Shown in pieces: positions 29,075 through 39,019 of a stretch of DNA of 64,000 nucleotides. How positions within the stretch are numbered: the first letter of the stretch is position 1; the number at the start of each line of letters is the position of its first letter. This stretch comes from an uncultured Rhodobacteraceae bacterium (GTDB lineage Bacteria > Pseudomonadota > Alphaproteobacteria > Rhodobacterales > Rhodobacteraceae): positions 8,112 to 72,111 of the forward strand of contig CALIZF010000020.1 of the NCBI GenBank assembly GCA_938028765.1. The letters run 5' to 3'. A program made the position numbers and the translations under genes. The notes beneath the pieces are model-generated. The model did not search any database. It was not told the origin of the DNA and saw only the letters and a list, made by a program, of their open reading frames with translations.

Positions 29075-30160
29075 ATGTTGACGGTTCTAGCGATGGCGGC
29101 GGCGATCTGGGGCATCGGGGGGTGGCTGCGCGCCCCTGCTTCGCAGGTCTGGACGCTGATCGGGGTTCTCTATGCGGCGGTCGTGCTGGCGCAGCTCGTG
29201 CTGCCCGCGGATAGCGCGATCCGCGCCGCGACCGGCGGGCGGGCAGAACCCTGGCTCGCGCTTGGCATCGTCGCGCTGGCGGTCTGGGGGTATCGCCGGC
29301 TGGTCGGGCAGCTGCGCGCCCGGGCGCGGCCGGCAGCGGCCCCGGCGCGGCCGGCGGGGGCCTTCAGCGAGGCCGAGCTGAACCGCTATGCCCGGCACAT
29401 CGCGCTGCGCGAGATCGGGGGCGCAGGCCAGCGGCGGCTGAAGGCCGCACGGGTGCTGGTCGTGGGGGCCGGGGGCCTTGGGTCGCCGGCGCTGCTCTAC
29501 CTCGCCGCGGCGGGGGTCGGCACGATCGGGGTCATCGACGGCGACACCGTCGAGGCGACGAACCTGCAGCGCCAGATCGCCCATACCGACGACCGGATCG
29601 GGATGCCCAAGGTCGCCTCGGCGCTGGCGGCGATGACGGCGATCAACCCATTCGTGACAATCCGCCCCTACCATCGCCGCCTGACGCCCGACATCGCGAC
29701 GGACCTGATCGCCGATTATGACCTGGTGCTGGACGGGACGGACGACTTTCCCACCCGCCTGACCGTGAACGCCGCCTGCGTCGCGGCGGACGTGCCGCTG
29801 ATCGCGGGCGCGATCGCGCAGTGGGAGGGGCAGGTCGCGCTCTATGATCCCGCGCGCGGCGGCCCTTGCCTGGCCTGCGTCTTTCCCGAGGCGCCGGCGC
29901 GCGGCCTTGCCCCCGTCTGCGCCGAGGCGGGCGTCGCGGCACCGCTGCCGGGCGTGATCGGGTCGATGATGGCGGTCGAGGCCGTCAAGCACCTGACCGG
30001 CGCGGGTCAGACGCTGCGCGGGCGCCTGATGATCCACGATGCGCTTTACGGCGAGACGCGCACGCTGCGCGTGAAGGCGCGGAGGGATTGCGCCGTCTGC
30101 GGCGGGCGCGGCGCCGCGTCGGGCAGCGGGGACTGGACAGCGGCCGATCCCGCAGCATAA
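29075..30160 (+). CDS. HesA/MoeB/ThiF family adenylyltransferase with N-terminal membrane extension
   Basis: E1-like core (VLVVGAGGLGSPALLYLAAAGVG, CLAC and CAVC cysteine pairs) preceded by ~95 aa with two or three hydrophobic helices. An alternative GTG start at 29012 overlaps the dut stop (GTGA). Confidence 0.8.
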   Translation: MLTVLAMAAAIWGIGGWLRAPASQVWTLIGVLYAAVVLAQLVLPADSAIRAATGGRAEPWLALGIVALAVWGYRRLVGQLRARARPAAAPARPAGAFSEAELNRYARHIALREIGGAGQRRLKAARVLVVGAGGLGSPALLYLAAAGVGTIGVIDGDTVEATNLQRQIAHTDDRIGMPKVASALAAMTAINPFVTIRPYHRRLTPDIATDLIADYDLVLDGTDDFPTRLTVNAACVAADVPLIAGAIAQWEGQVALYDPARGGPCLACVFPEAPARGLAPVCAEAGVAAPLPGVIGSMMAVEAVKHLTGAGQTLRGRLMIHDALYGETRTLRVKARRDCAVCGGRGAASGSGDWTAADPAA

Positions 30161-30193
30161 CCGCAGCCGACGACATCCCGACAGGAGGTTCCC

Positions 30194-30985
30194 TTGCGCC
30201 CTATTGCCGCCGCGCTCGCGCTTGTCCTGACTGCCCTTGCCCCCGCCGCCGCCACGGCGCAGGGCCTGCCCGACCTTGGCGGGCGGCCGGTCACGGTCGC
30301 GACCGAGAACGCCTATCCGCCGCTGCAGTTCATCGACGCATCCGGAAATGCGGTCGGATGGGAATACGACGCGATGGCCGAGATCGCGCGGCGGCTGAAC
30401 ATCACCGTGACCTACGCCAACATCAGCTGGGATGCGATGATCGCGGCGGTCAGCGAAGGCCAGTTCGACCTCGGCATGACCGGCATCACCATCCGGGACG
30501 ACCGGAAGGAGAAGGTCGATTTCTCGGATCCCTACATGCGGTCGGAAATGGTGATGATGGTGCGCGGCGACGAGGCGCGGTTTGCCGACGCCGCGTCCTT
30601 CGCCGCGAACCCCGACCTCCTGGTGGCCGCGCAGCCGGGCACGACGCCCTTCTACGTCGCCGTCTACGACCTTCTGGACGGGAACGAGGCGAACCCGCGG
30701 ATCAAGCTGTTCGAGACCTTCGGCGCCGGCGTCGCGGCACTGCGGGCGGGCGACGTCGATCTGGTGCTGACCGACGGCACGGCGGGGCAGGGCTATGTCG
30801 ATGCCTCGAGCGGGGCGCTGAAGATCGTGGGCGGACCGCTCGGCACCGAGGATTTCGGGTTCATCTTCCCCAAGGGGTCCGATCTCGTCGCGCCGATCAA
30901 CGCGGCCATCGCGGCGATGAAGGCCGACGGAACGATCGCGGCGCTCGACAGGAAGTGGTTCCTCGACTTCAAGATGGGGCAGTGA
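30194..30985 (+). CDS. amino-acid ABC transporter substrate-binding protein (family 3)
   Basis: TTG start preceded by GGAGG. Signal peptide [24 protein letters not shown] and an SBP_bac_3-like body. Confidence 0.85.
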   Translation: MRPIAAALALVLTALAPAAATAQGLPDLGGRPVTVATENAYPPLQFIDASGNAVGWEYDAMAEIARRLNITVTYANISWDAMIAAVSEGQFDLGMTGITIRDDRKEKVDFSDPYMRSEMVMMVRGDEARFADAASFAANPDLLVAAQPGTTPFYVAVYDLLDGNEANPRIKLFETFGAGVAALRAGDVDLVLTDGTAGQGYVDASSGALKIVGGPLGTEDFGFIFPKGSDLVAPINAAIAAMKADGTIAALDRKWFLDFKMGQ

Positions 30986-31012
30986 CCGGCGGCCGCTACG
31001 GGCGCGGCGGGA

Positions 31013-31810
31013 ATGGCGGCGGCGCCTGAGCCGCGTGGGGGGCGCGCGGACTTTCCCTGGTGGCTGGTGGTGCTGGTCGCGCTGGCCCTCTGGATGTTCG
31101 CGCGCGTCCTGACCGACGACATCCATGCCCAGATCCTGCGCACGCTGGCCAAGGGCCTGTGGGTGACGGTCTGGGTGTCGGCCGTCGCGTTCGGGCTGGC
31201 GGCAGGGCTCGGGCTTCTGCTCGCGCTCGGCGGGCTGTCGCGCTGGCTGATCCTGCGGCAGGCGGTGCGCCTCTATGTCGAGGTCGTCCGCGGCGTGCCG
31301 ATCATCGTCCTTCTGCTCTACGTCGCCTTCGTGGGCACGCCGCTCGCGGTCGAGGCATGGAACGCGGCCGGGCTGCCGGCGGTGCGCACGCGCGACGTGC
31401 CGCTAGTCTGGCGCGCGGTGGCAGCGCTGACCATCGCCTATTCCGCCTTCCTGTCCGAGGTGTTCCGCGCCGGCATCCTGTCGGTCGATCGCGGGCAGGT
31501 CGAGGCGGCCAAGGCGCTTGGCCTCAACGCGGGCCTGCGGTTCCGGCTGGTCGTCTGGCCGCAGGCGCTGCGCACGGTGCTGCCGCCGCTCGGCAACGAC
31601 TTCGTGGCGATGGTCAAGGACTCAAGCCTCGTGTCCGTGCTCGGCGTCACCGACGTGACGCAGCTCGGCAAGGTCGCGGCGGCCGGGAACTTCCGCTATT
31701 TCGAGACCTACAACGTCGTCGCGCTGATCTATCTGACGCTGACGGTGGGCCTGTCGCTGGCGCTTCGGCGGCTTGAGGCGCGGCTGCGCCGGGTGGATGC
31801 AGGGCGCTGA
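31013..31810 (+). CDS. amino-acid ABC transporter permease
   Basis: Polar amino-acid (HisMQ-type) permease with an EAA-loop-like QVEAAKALGLNAGLRF. Confidence 0.85.
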   Translation: MAAAPEPRGGRADFPWWLVVLVALALWMFARVLTDDIHAQILRTLAKGLWVTVWVSAVAFGLAAGLGLLLALGGLSRWLILRQAVRLYVEVVRGVPIIVLLLYVAFVGTPLAVEAWNAAGLPAVRTRDVPLVWRAVAALTIAYSAFLSEVFRAGILSVDRGQVEAAKALGLNAGLRFRLVVWPQALRTVLPPLGNDFVAMVKDSSLVSVLGVTDVTQLGKVAAAGNFRYFETYNVVALIYLTLTVGLSLALRRLEARLRRVDAGR

Positions 31811-31980
31811 CGCCCCGCCCGGCGCGGCGCAAGCGCGCGGCGCTGACGCCGGGGCCGTCGGGGCGGGCCGGGCGCACCGCGCAGCACGGCCGGGACGGGG
31901 GGCGATCTCTGCGCCGGTGCGATCGGGGGTTTTCCTGCCGTCCGGCGGCCCCTAGGTTCGCCGCGACAAGGAGATTGCCC

Positions 31981-34005
31981 GTGACCGACCCGAACCCCCT
32001 GCTTGCCCCCTTCGACCGGCCTTTCGGCCTACCGCCGTTCGAGGCCATCGCCGACGCCCATTTCGCCCCTGCCTTCGACGCGGCGCTGGAGGCGGCGCGG
32101 GCGAACGTGGCGGCCATCGCCGCGAACCCCGAACCGCCGACCTTCGCCAACACGATCGCGGCGCTGGAACTGGCGGAAGAGCCGCTGGACCGGGTGTCGG
32201 GCGTGTTCTTCAACCTCGTGTCCGCCGACGCGACGCCAGCGCGCGAGGCCTTGCAGCGCGACCTCGCCCCGCGGCTGGCGGCCTTTTCGTCCGAGGTGAC
32301 GATGAACCCCGCGCTCTACGCGCGTATCGCCGACCTCTGGGCGCGGCGCGACAGCCTCGGCCTGACGGCCGAGGAGGCGCGGGTGCTGATGGTCTATCGC
32401 CGGATGTTCCTGCGCGCCGGTGCCGCGCTGTCGGGTGCGGCGGCCGAGCGCATGAAGGCGGTGAAGGAACGTCTGGCCGTTCTCGGCACCGCCTTCGCGC
32501 AGAACCTGTTGGCGGACGAGCGGGCATGGTTCATGGACCTTGCCGAGGCGGACCTGGAGGGGCTGCCCGCCTTCCTCGTCGATGCCGCACGGGCGGCGGG
32601 GGCGGAACGGGGGCGGCCGGGGCCCGTCCTGACGCTGAACCGGGCGCTGATCGTGCCCTTCCTGCAATTCAGCCCGCGGCGGGACCTGCGCGAGGCGGCG
32701 TTCCGCGCCTGGGTGGCGCGGGGGGCGAACGGGGGCGCGACCGACAACCGCGGCATCGCGGCCGAGATCCTCGCCCTGCGCTACGAACGCGCGCAGCTGC
32801 TGGGCCATCCCGATTTCGCATCCTTCAAGCTCGAACCCGAGATGGCGGGCAGCCCGGCGGCGGTGCGCGACCTTCTGATGCGGGTCTGGGCGCCCGCGCG
32901 GGCGCGGGCCGAGGCCGATGCGGTCGAGCTTGCGGCGATGCTGCAGGCTGACGGGCTGAACGGGCCGCTGGAGCCCTGGGACTGGCGGTTCTACAGCGAA
33001 CGCCGCCGGCGCGCGATGCACGACCTCGACGAGGCGGCGATCAAGCCCTACCTGTCGCTGACGGCGATGCGCGCGGCCGCCTTCGACGTGGCAAACCGTC
33101 TCTTCGGCCTCGAGTTCCGGCCGCTCGACGTGCCCCTCTACCATCCGGACGTGCGCGCCTGGGAGGTGACGCGGGCCGGACGGCACATGGCGGTGTTCCT
33201 CGCCGATGACTTCGCCCGGCCCTCGAAACGGTCGGGCGCCTGGATGTCGGTGTTCCGCGGCCAGCGAAAGGTCGGGGGCGAGCGGCGGCCGGTGGTCGTC
33301 AACGTCTGCAACTTCGCCCGCGGCGAGCCTGCGCTGCTGTCCTGGGACGATGCGCGCACGCTCTTCCACGAATTCGGGCATGCGCTGCACGCGATCCTGT
33401 CGGACGTGACCTACGGTTTCGTCGCCGGGACCGCCGTGGCGCGGGATTTCGTCGAGCTGCCCTCGCAGCTTTACGAACACTGGCTGTCGCTGCCCGCGGT
33501 GCTCGACCGGCACGCGCGCCACCACGCCACGGGCGAACCCATGCCCGCAGGCCTGCGCGACCGCCTGCTGGCGGCGGCGACCTGGGACCAGGGCTTTGCG
33601 ACGGTGGAATACCTCGCCTCGGCGCTGGTCGATCTTTCCTTCCACGAAGGCGCGCCGCCGGCCGATCCGATGGCGCGGCAGGCTGCGGTGCTGGCGGAGC
33701 TGGGCCTGCCGCGGGCGATCCCGATGCGGCACGCCACGCCCCACTTCGCGCATGTCTTCGCGGGGGATGGGTATTCGGCGGGATATTACAGCTACATGTG
33801 GTCCGAGGTGATGGATGCCGACGCCTTCGCGGCCTTCGAGGAGGTGGGCGATCCCTTCGATCCCGACCTCGCCGCGCGGCTCGAGCGGCACATCCTGTCC
33901 GCCGGCGGGTCGGTCGCGCCCGAAGAGGCCTATGTGGGCTTTCGCGGGCGGATGCCGGGCGTCGATGCGCTGCTGAGGGGACGGGGTCTGCGCGACGCGG
34001 CCTGA
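31981..34005 (+). CDS. dcp: M3 family peptidyl-dipeptidase Dcp / oligopeptidase
   Basis: HEFGH zinc motif (LFHEFGHALH), ~675 aa. GTG 31981 lies 7 nt after AAGGAG; the track start TTG 31975 is too close to the SD. Confidence 0.9.
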   Translation: MTDPNPLLAPFDRPFGLPPFEAIADAHFAPAFDAALEAARANVAAIAANPEPPTFANTIAALELAEEPLDRVSGVFFNLVSADATPAREALQRDLAPRLAAFSSEVTMNPALYARIADLWARRDSLGLTAEEARVLMVYRRMFLRAGAALSGAAAERMKAVKERLAVLGTAFAQNLLADERAWFMDLAEADLEGLPAFLVDAARAAGAERGRPGPVLTLNRALIVPFLQFSPRRDLREAAFRAWVARGANGGATDNRGIAAEILALRYERAQLLGHPDFASFKLEPEMAGSPAAVRDLLMRVWAPARARAEADAVELAAMLQADGLNGPLEPWDWRFYSERRRRAMHDLDEAAIKPYLSLTAMRAAAFDVANRLFGLEFRPLDVPLYHPDVRAWEVTRAGRHMAVFLADDFARPSKRSGAWMSVFRGQRKVGGERRPVVVNVCNFARGEPALLSWDDARTLFHEFGHALHAILSDVTYGFVAGTAVARDFVELPSQLYEHWLSLPAVLDRHARHHATGEPMPAGLRDRLLAAATWDQGFATVEYLASALVDLSFHEGAPPADPMARQAAVLAELGLPRAIPMRHATPHFAHVFAGDGYSAGYYSYMWSEVMDADAFAAFEEVGDPFDPDLAARLERHILSAGGSVAPEEAYVGFRGRMPGVDALLRGRGLRDAA

Positions 34006-34064
34006 TCGGCCGTCGGCGCCGGCGGCCGGACGGCAGCGCGGCGCATAGGTCGGCCGCGGCCCGG

Positions 34065-34970
34065 TCAGCGGCGGGGGCCGCGCCAGACGTCCTTGTGGAT
34101 CAGCAGATCGACCTGGGGATAGGCGGTCTCGACCGCCCGGCGCAGCGCGGCCGCGATCGCGTGCGCCTCGGCCAGCGTCTGGTCGCCGTCAAGCTCGACG
34201 TGCAAGTTGACGAAGATGCGGCTGCCCGCGCTGCGCGACCGCAGGTCGTGCCAGCCGCGCACGCCGGGCCAGCCGCCGACGATCCGGCCGATCCCCTCGA
34301 TCACGGTCGGGTCGGCGCGGCGGTCCATCAGCGCGTCCCAGGCGCCGGCGCCGATGCGCCAGGCCCCGCGCAGCATCACGGCAGCTGCCGCGAGGGCCAC
34401 CACGCTGTCCACCTGCCAGAGGCCCCATCGCATCGACGCAAAGAGCGAGGCCATCGCGCCGAGCGTCGGAACAAGGTCGCCGAGGTAGTGCAGCCGGTCG
34501 GCGGCGATCACCCGGCTGCCGGTCCGGCGCGCAACCCGGCCCTGCCACAGCACCAGCGCCCCTGTCAGCGCCGCCGAGAGGGCCAGTGCGATCAGCGCCG
34601 GCCCTTCCGACGCGATACCCGACGGCCGGCCCTCGATCAGGCGCAGGGCGGCCGCCCAGGCGATGGCAACCGCAGCCGCCGTGACGGCCACGGCCTGCGC
34701 CAGCGCCGACAGGTCCTCGACCGAGGTGTGGCCGAAGGCGTGGTCATCGTCGGCCGGGCGGGCGGCATAGCGCACGGCGACCAGCGCTGTGGCCGACATC
34801 AAGACATCGAGCGCGCTGTCGGCAAGGCTGGCCGCGACCGACAGAGCGCCGGTCGCGGCCAGCGCCCAGGCCTTGATCAGGACCAGCGCCAGCGCGACCG
34901 CCACCGCCGCGCGGGCGACGGCGATCGTGGGGTGGGCGGACGGGCGGGCGGGTGCGGCCATGACGAACAT
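34065..34970 (-). CDS. cation diffusion facilitator (CDF) family transporter
   Basis: Six TM helices with CDF signature regions (SLADSALDVLMS, HYLGDL) and a C-terminal cytoplasmic domain. Start at 34970 or 34961. Confidence 0.85.
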   Translation of the reverse strand: MFVMAAPARPSAHPTIAVARAAVAVALALVLIKAWALAATGALSVAASLADSALDVLMSATALVAVRYAARPADDDHAFGHTSVEDLSALAQAVAVTAAAVAIAWAAALRLIEGRPSGIASEGPALIALALSAALTGALVLWQGRVARRTGSRVIAADRLHYLGDLVPTLGAMASLFASMRWGLWQVDSVVALAAAAVMLRGAWRIGAGAWDALMDRRADPTVIEGIGRIVGGWPGVRGWHDLRSRSAGSRIFVNLHVELDGDQTLAEAHAIAAALRRAVETAYPQVDLLIHKDVWRGPRR

Positions 34971-35060
34971 CGCAGGGGGTGTCGTAGCGATGCCCCTCTG
35001 GCGCGCGCGGTGCAAGAGCCGGATAGCCGCGCCGCGGCGGTCGGCCGCGGGGCGGGGGCA

Positions 35061-35702
35061 TCAGTCGAAGGTTTCCTCGGGAAACACCCCCCACAGCGCC
35101 CGCTTCGGCAGCCAGCCGCGCAGCCCGTCGCGGCTGATGCGGCACCAGTCGGGGACGCATTCGGTGACGCGGGCGATCACGCCGGTTTCGGCCCTCGCGA
35201 TCACCGGCGCGCGGCTGTCGGGGCGGGTGCGCAGTTCGGCCATGTCCTCGGTCACCTGGACCGTGCGGGCGACCGACAGCAGCGAATAGTGGATCCAGCC
35301 GCCTTCGCCATCGGCATCCTCGACCCGGCGCCAGTGTTCGTATTCGGCGGTGATCTTCAGCGGCATCCCCGGGCGCACGAACACCCAATCGATCCGGTGG
35401 TCGTAGTGCGGCCCGCGGCGGACGTTGCCTTCCTGCGCCTTGAGCGAGGCAAAGCGCGGCACGGGGCGGCCGGAGCTGCCGACGGGCGGCGTCGCGGGGC
35501 CGGACGGCTGTGTCGCCGCCGCGGCGGACGGGGCGGTGACGGGCTGCGCCTCGGGGGCGGCAGCGGCTTCGGGCGCGGGGCGGGGCTGCGGGCGGGGGAT
35601 CGTCTGCGCCGCAAGGGCGCCGGCGGCAAGGGCGGCAACCGCCCCCGCGGCGGCCAGCCTGCGGGTGGCACCCGCCGCGATCCCGTTCCGACCTGCCTGC
35701 AT
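35061..35702 (-). CDS. SH3-like domain-containing exported protein (COG3807 type)
   Basis: N-terminal signal/anchor, a Pro/Ala-rich linker, then bacterial SH3-like segments (VPRFASLKAQEGNVRRGP, GWIHYSLL, GWLPKRALWG). Confidence 0.65.
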   Translation of the reverse strand: MQAGRNGIAAGATRRLAAAGAVAALAAGALAAQTIPRPQPRPAPEAAAAPEAQPVTAPSAAAATQPSGPATPPVGSSGRPVPRFASLKAQEGNVRRGPHYDHRIDWVFVRPGMPLKITAEYEHWRRVEDADGEGGWIHYSLLSVARTVQVTEDMAELRTRPDSRAPVIARAETGVIARVTECVPDWCRISRDGLRGWLPKRALWGVFPEETFD

Positions 35703-35995
35703 CGCCTCTGCCCGGACCGTGCCTGCCCAGCCCCCGCTTTGCCGGGGATTTGTGTTTGCGCCCAGTGTGCCGCGGTCGCGCGCGGGGGGCCAGCGTCGCG
35801 CGACGGCACCGCGGAATTCCGCCGGGCGCTGTTGCAGCGGCGCTATGCCTTGGTGGGCAACCGAGCGGGCGGTAACGAACCGGGCGTTGAAGCGCGCTCG
35901 GACGCAAGAAAGTTTCGCCTTGCCCTTGCCGCCCAGATGGTCAGAGTCGCCCCAGCGCCGCCCGCGCGCCGGCGGGACGTGCCGAGGAGGACCCG

Positions 35996-36982
35996 ATGCC
36001 GAAGGAAAGACTGCTGGTCGTCGTCACGCGCCGCCTGCCCGAGGCGGTGGAAACGCGCATGACCGAGCTGTTCGATGCGCGCCTGCGCGACCCCGACACG
36101 CGGATGACGCGCGAGGAGCTGGCCGCCGCCCTGCGCGAGGCCGACGTGCTTGTGCCCTGCGTCGGCGACACGATCGACGCGGGGCTGCTGGCGCAGGCCG
36201 GGCCGCGGCTTCGGCTGATCGCCAATTACGGCGCGGGGGTCGATCACATCGACGTCGCCACGGCGCGCAGCCGCGGGATCCTCGTGTCCAACACGCCCGG
36301 CGTCCTGTCGGACGACACCGCAGACATGGCGATGGCGCTGATGCTGGCCGTCCTGCGCCGCATCCCGGAAGGGCTGGCCGAGATGACGGCCGGCACCTGG
36401 GAAGGCTGGTCGCCGATGGCGCACCTCGGGCGGCGCGTCGGCGGACGGCGGCTGGGCATCCTCGGGATGGGGCGGGTCGGGCTGGCGCTGGCGCGTCGGG
36501 CGCGTGCCTTCGGGATGCAGGTCCACTACCACAACCGCCGCCGCCTGCGCCCCGAGATCGAGGCCGAGGTCGAGGCCACCTGGTGGGAAAGCCTCGACCA
36601 GATGCTGGCACGGATGGATGTGGTCAGCGTCAACTGTCCGCACACGCCCTCGACCTTCCACCTGCTGAATGCGCGGCGGCTGAAGCTGCTGAAGCCCCAT
36701 GCGGTGGTCGTGAACACCAGCCGCGGTGAGGTGATCGACGAGAACGCGCTGGTGCGCGGCCTAAAGTCGGGCGAGATCGGCGGTGCCGGGCTCGACGTCT
36801 ACGAGCACGGGCGCGAGGTGAACCCCGGCCTGCGCGGGCTGCCGAATGTCGTCCTGCTGCCGCACATGGGGTCGGCCACGGTCGAGGGGCGGATCGAGAT
36901 GGGCGAACGTGTGATTGTCAACATCAAGACCTTCGCCGACGGCCACCGTCCGCCTGACCAGGTGGTGCCGGGGATGCTTTGA
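35996..36982 (+). CDS. D-isomer-specific 2-hydroxyacid dehydrogenase (glyoxylate/hydroxypyruvate reductase-like)
   Basis: NAD-binding motif LGILGMGRVGLALARRA. Catalytic region NTSRGEVIDENAL and LLPHMGSAT. Confidence 0.9.
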   Translation: MPKERLLVVVTRRLPEAVETRMTELFDARLRDPDTRMTREELAAALREADVLVPCVGDTIDAGLLAQAGPRLRLIANYGAGVDHIDVATARSRGILVSNTPGVLSDDTADMAMALMLAVLRRIPEGLAEMTAGTWEGWSPMAHLGRRVGGRRLGILGMGRVGLALARRARAFGMQVHYHNRRRLRPEIEAEVEATWWESLDQMLARMDVVSVNCPHTPSTFHLLNARRLKLLKPHAVVVNTSRGEVIDENALVRGLKSGEIGGAGLDVYEHGREVNPGLRGLPNVVLLPHMGSATVEGRIEMGERVIVNIKTFADGHRPPDQVVPGML

Positions 36983-37235
36983 CGGCCGCCGCCGCCGCGC
37001 GCGCCGAAGTTCGACCGACCAGATCCCGAACAGGGAACGGACCCCCGCGTCTCCGACAGTCGGTTTCCGGGGCCGGCTGCCTGTGCCGCAGCGCGGCAGG
37101 GAACGCCGGCGCGCCTGAATGGCGGGCGCATCGTGCACCGCGGTATGCGGGGCGCATTCCCGATCCGTTCCCGGTTCATGCGGTGTAGGTCCCGCGCCAC
37201 GCGCCGCGACGGTGGCGGGGTGTCAATATGATCCA

Positions 37236-37253
37236 TGTCAAGGAAAGTTGACA
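37236..37253. promoter_or_regulatory. PpsR/CrtJ-type palindrome TGT-N12-ACA upstream of bchE
   Basis: TGTCAAggaaagTTGACA has perfect 6-bp arms and lies 41 nt upstream of the bchE ATG. A TGTCA half-site sits 15 nt further upstream (37221). Confidence 0.6.
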
Positions 37254-37294
37254 TCCGACGTGGTCGCATCCGGTCAGCCGGGAAGGAGTCGCCC

Positions 37295-39019
37295 ATGCGC
37301 ATCGTTCTGATCCACCCCAACTATCATTCCGGTGGGGCCGAGATCGCGGGAAACTGGCCCCCGGCCTGGGTCGCCTACCTGGCCGGCCACCTGCGCAGGG
37401 CGGGTTTTGACGACATCCGGTTCATCGACGCGATGACCGATCATCTCGACGGTGCCGCGCTGGCGCGGCAGCTGGCCGACCTGAAGCCCGACATCGTCGG
37501 CACCACCGCGATCACGCCGGCGATCTACGCCGCCGAGGAGGTGCTGCGCATCGCGCGCGACGTGGTGCCGGGGGCGGTGCGGGTGCTGGGGGGCATCCAC
37601 GGCACCTTTATGTTCCGGCAGGTGCTGTCGGAAGCGCCCTGGGTGGACGTGATCGTGCGCGGCGAGGGGGAAGAGATCTTTCAGGCCCTTGTGCGCGCGG
37701 TCGCCGAGGGGCGCTGGCCGGCCGACCGCGGCCGCATCCGCGGCCTGGCCTATCGCGACGGCGAGACGATCGTGGCCACGCCCGCGGCCTCGACCGTGAA
37801 GGATCTCGATGCGATCGACCCGGACTGGTCGCTGCTCGACTGGTCGAAATACACCTACACGCCGCTTGGCGTGAAGGTGGCGATCCCGAACCTTGCCCGC
37901 GGCTGCCCGTTCACCTGTTCGTTCTGCTCGCAGTGGAAGTTCTGGCGCGACTACCGCGTGCGCGACCCCGCCCGCGTGGTGGACGAGATCGAGCGCCTCG
38001 TGCAGGACCACGGGGTGGGCTTCTTCATCCTCGCGGACGAGGAGCCGACGATCAACAAGCGCAAGTTCGTGGAGTTCTGCCAAGGTCTCATTGACCGGGG
38101 CCTGCCCGATCGGGTGAAGTGGGGCATCAACACGCGCGTCACCGACATCATGCGCGACCGCGACCTGCTGCCGTTCTACCGCCGCGCCGGCCTCGTGCAC
38201 GTCAGCCTCGGGACCGAGGCGGCCGCGCAGCTGAAGCTCGACCAGTTCAACAAGGAAACCACCGTCGCCCAGAACAAGGAAGCGATCCGGCTTCTGCGCG
38301 AGGCCGACATCTTCGTCGAGGCGCAGTTCATCGTCGGTCTCGACAACGAGACCCCCGAAACGCTCGAGGAAACCTTCCGCATGGCCTGGGACTGGCAGCC
38401 GGATCTCGCCAACTGGTCGATGTATACGCCCTGGCCGTTCACCCCGCTGTTCCAGACATTGCGCGACAAGGTCGAGGTGTATGACTTCTCGAAGTACAAC
38501 TTCGTGACGCCCATCATGGCGCCGGCCGCCATGACGCGGGGCGAGCTCCTCGACGGGGTGATGCGGAACTACCGGCGGTTCTACATCCGCAAGGCGTTGT
38601 TCCACTATTCCTGGAGCGGCACCGGGTTCCGGCGGCGCTACCTTCTGGGATGCCTGAAGGCCTTCCTGAAGGCGGGGGCGGGGCGGACCTTCTACGATCT
38701 CGGCAAGGCGGGCTACTGGGGGCCGCATACGAAGGATCGGGTCGATTTCGGCTTCGACAAGACGCGCAAGCTGGCGCCCGCGCAGCTCGAGGACTGGGAC
38801 GCGGCGGCAGACCGCGCGGCGCGCGCGGCCGAACGGCGCGCGGCGGTGCGTGCGCAGGGCAAGGCCCGCGCGGCCGAGCGGGATGCGGCGCGCGCGATGG
38901 CCTGCGGCGGCGGCACGTTCCAGCTGCCGGACGATCCGGCCGGGGAGGTGGGGGTGGCCGCAGCCGCCCCGGTCCCGCCGCAGGGCGGTCCGGCCCACGC
39001 GACCAAGGCAGCCGGATGA
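37295..39019 (+). CDS. bchE: anaerobic Mg-protoporphyrin IX monomethyl ester oxidative cyclase (B12-binding radical SAM)
   Basis: N-terminal B12-binding domain and radical-SAM CxxxCxxC (CPFTCSFC). ATG 37295 preceded by GGAAGGAG. Ala/Arg-rich C-terminal tail. Confidence 0.95.
   Translation: MRIVLIHPNYHSGGAEIAGNWPPAWVAYLAGHLRRAGFDDIRFIDAMTDHLDGAALARQLADLKPDIVGTTAITPAIYAAEEVLRIARDVVPGAVRVLGGIHGTFMFRQVLSEAPWVDVIVRGEGEEIFQALVRAVAEGRWPADRGRIRGLAYRDGETIVATPAASTVKDLDAIDPDWSLLDWSKYTYTPLGVKVAIPNLARGCPFTCSFCSQWKFWRDYRVRDPARVVDEIERLVQDHGVGFFILADEEPTINKRKFVEFCQGLIDRGLPDRVKWGINTRVTDIMRDRDLLPFYRRAGLVHVSLGTEAAAQLKLDQFNKETTVAQNKEAIRLLREADIFVEAQFIVGLDNETPETLEETFRMAWDWQPDLANWSMYTPWPFTPLFQTLRDKVEVYDFSKYNFVTPIMAPAAMTRGELLDGVMRNYRRFYIRKALFHYSWSGTGFRRRYLLGCLKAFLKAGAGRTFYDLGKAGYWGPHTKDRVDFGFDKTRKLAPAQLEDWDAAADRAARAAERRAAVRAQGKARAAERDAARAMACGGGTFQLPDDPAGEVGVAAAAPVPPQGGPAHATKAAG

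Noticed and set aside
37221-37235. FNR/FnrL box (TTGAT-N4-ATCAA) upstream of bchE in GTCAATATGATCCA.
   Set aside because: The two halves are not an inverted repeat and match the consensus poorly. This is more simply a PpsR half-site.
36983-37294. Possible cobalamin riboswitch upstream of the B12-dependent bchE.
   Set aside because: I could not find the conserved B12-box or the GCCACTG and GGTGAAAATCC-type elements. AGCCGGGAAGGAGTCGCC near the SD is only a superficial resemblance.
38700-39019. C-terminal ~85-aa Ala/Arg-rich tail of BchE as an extra domain.
   Set aside because: It is low-complexity sequence typical of GC-rich genomes. From memory, proteobacterial BchE proteins vary in tail length, so there is no motif to support a separate function.
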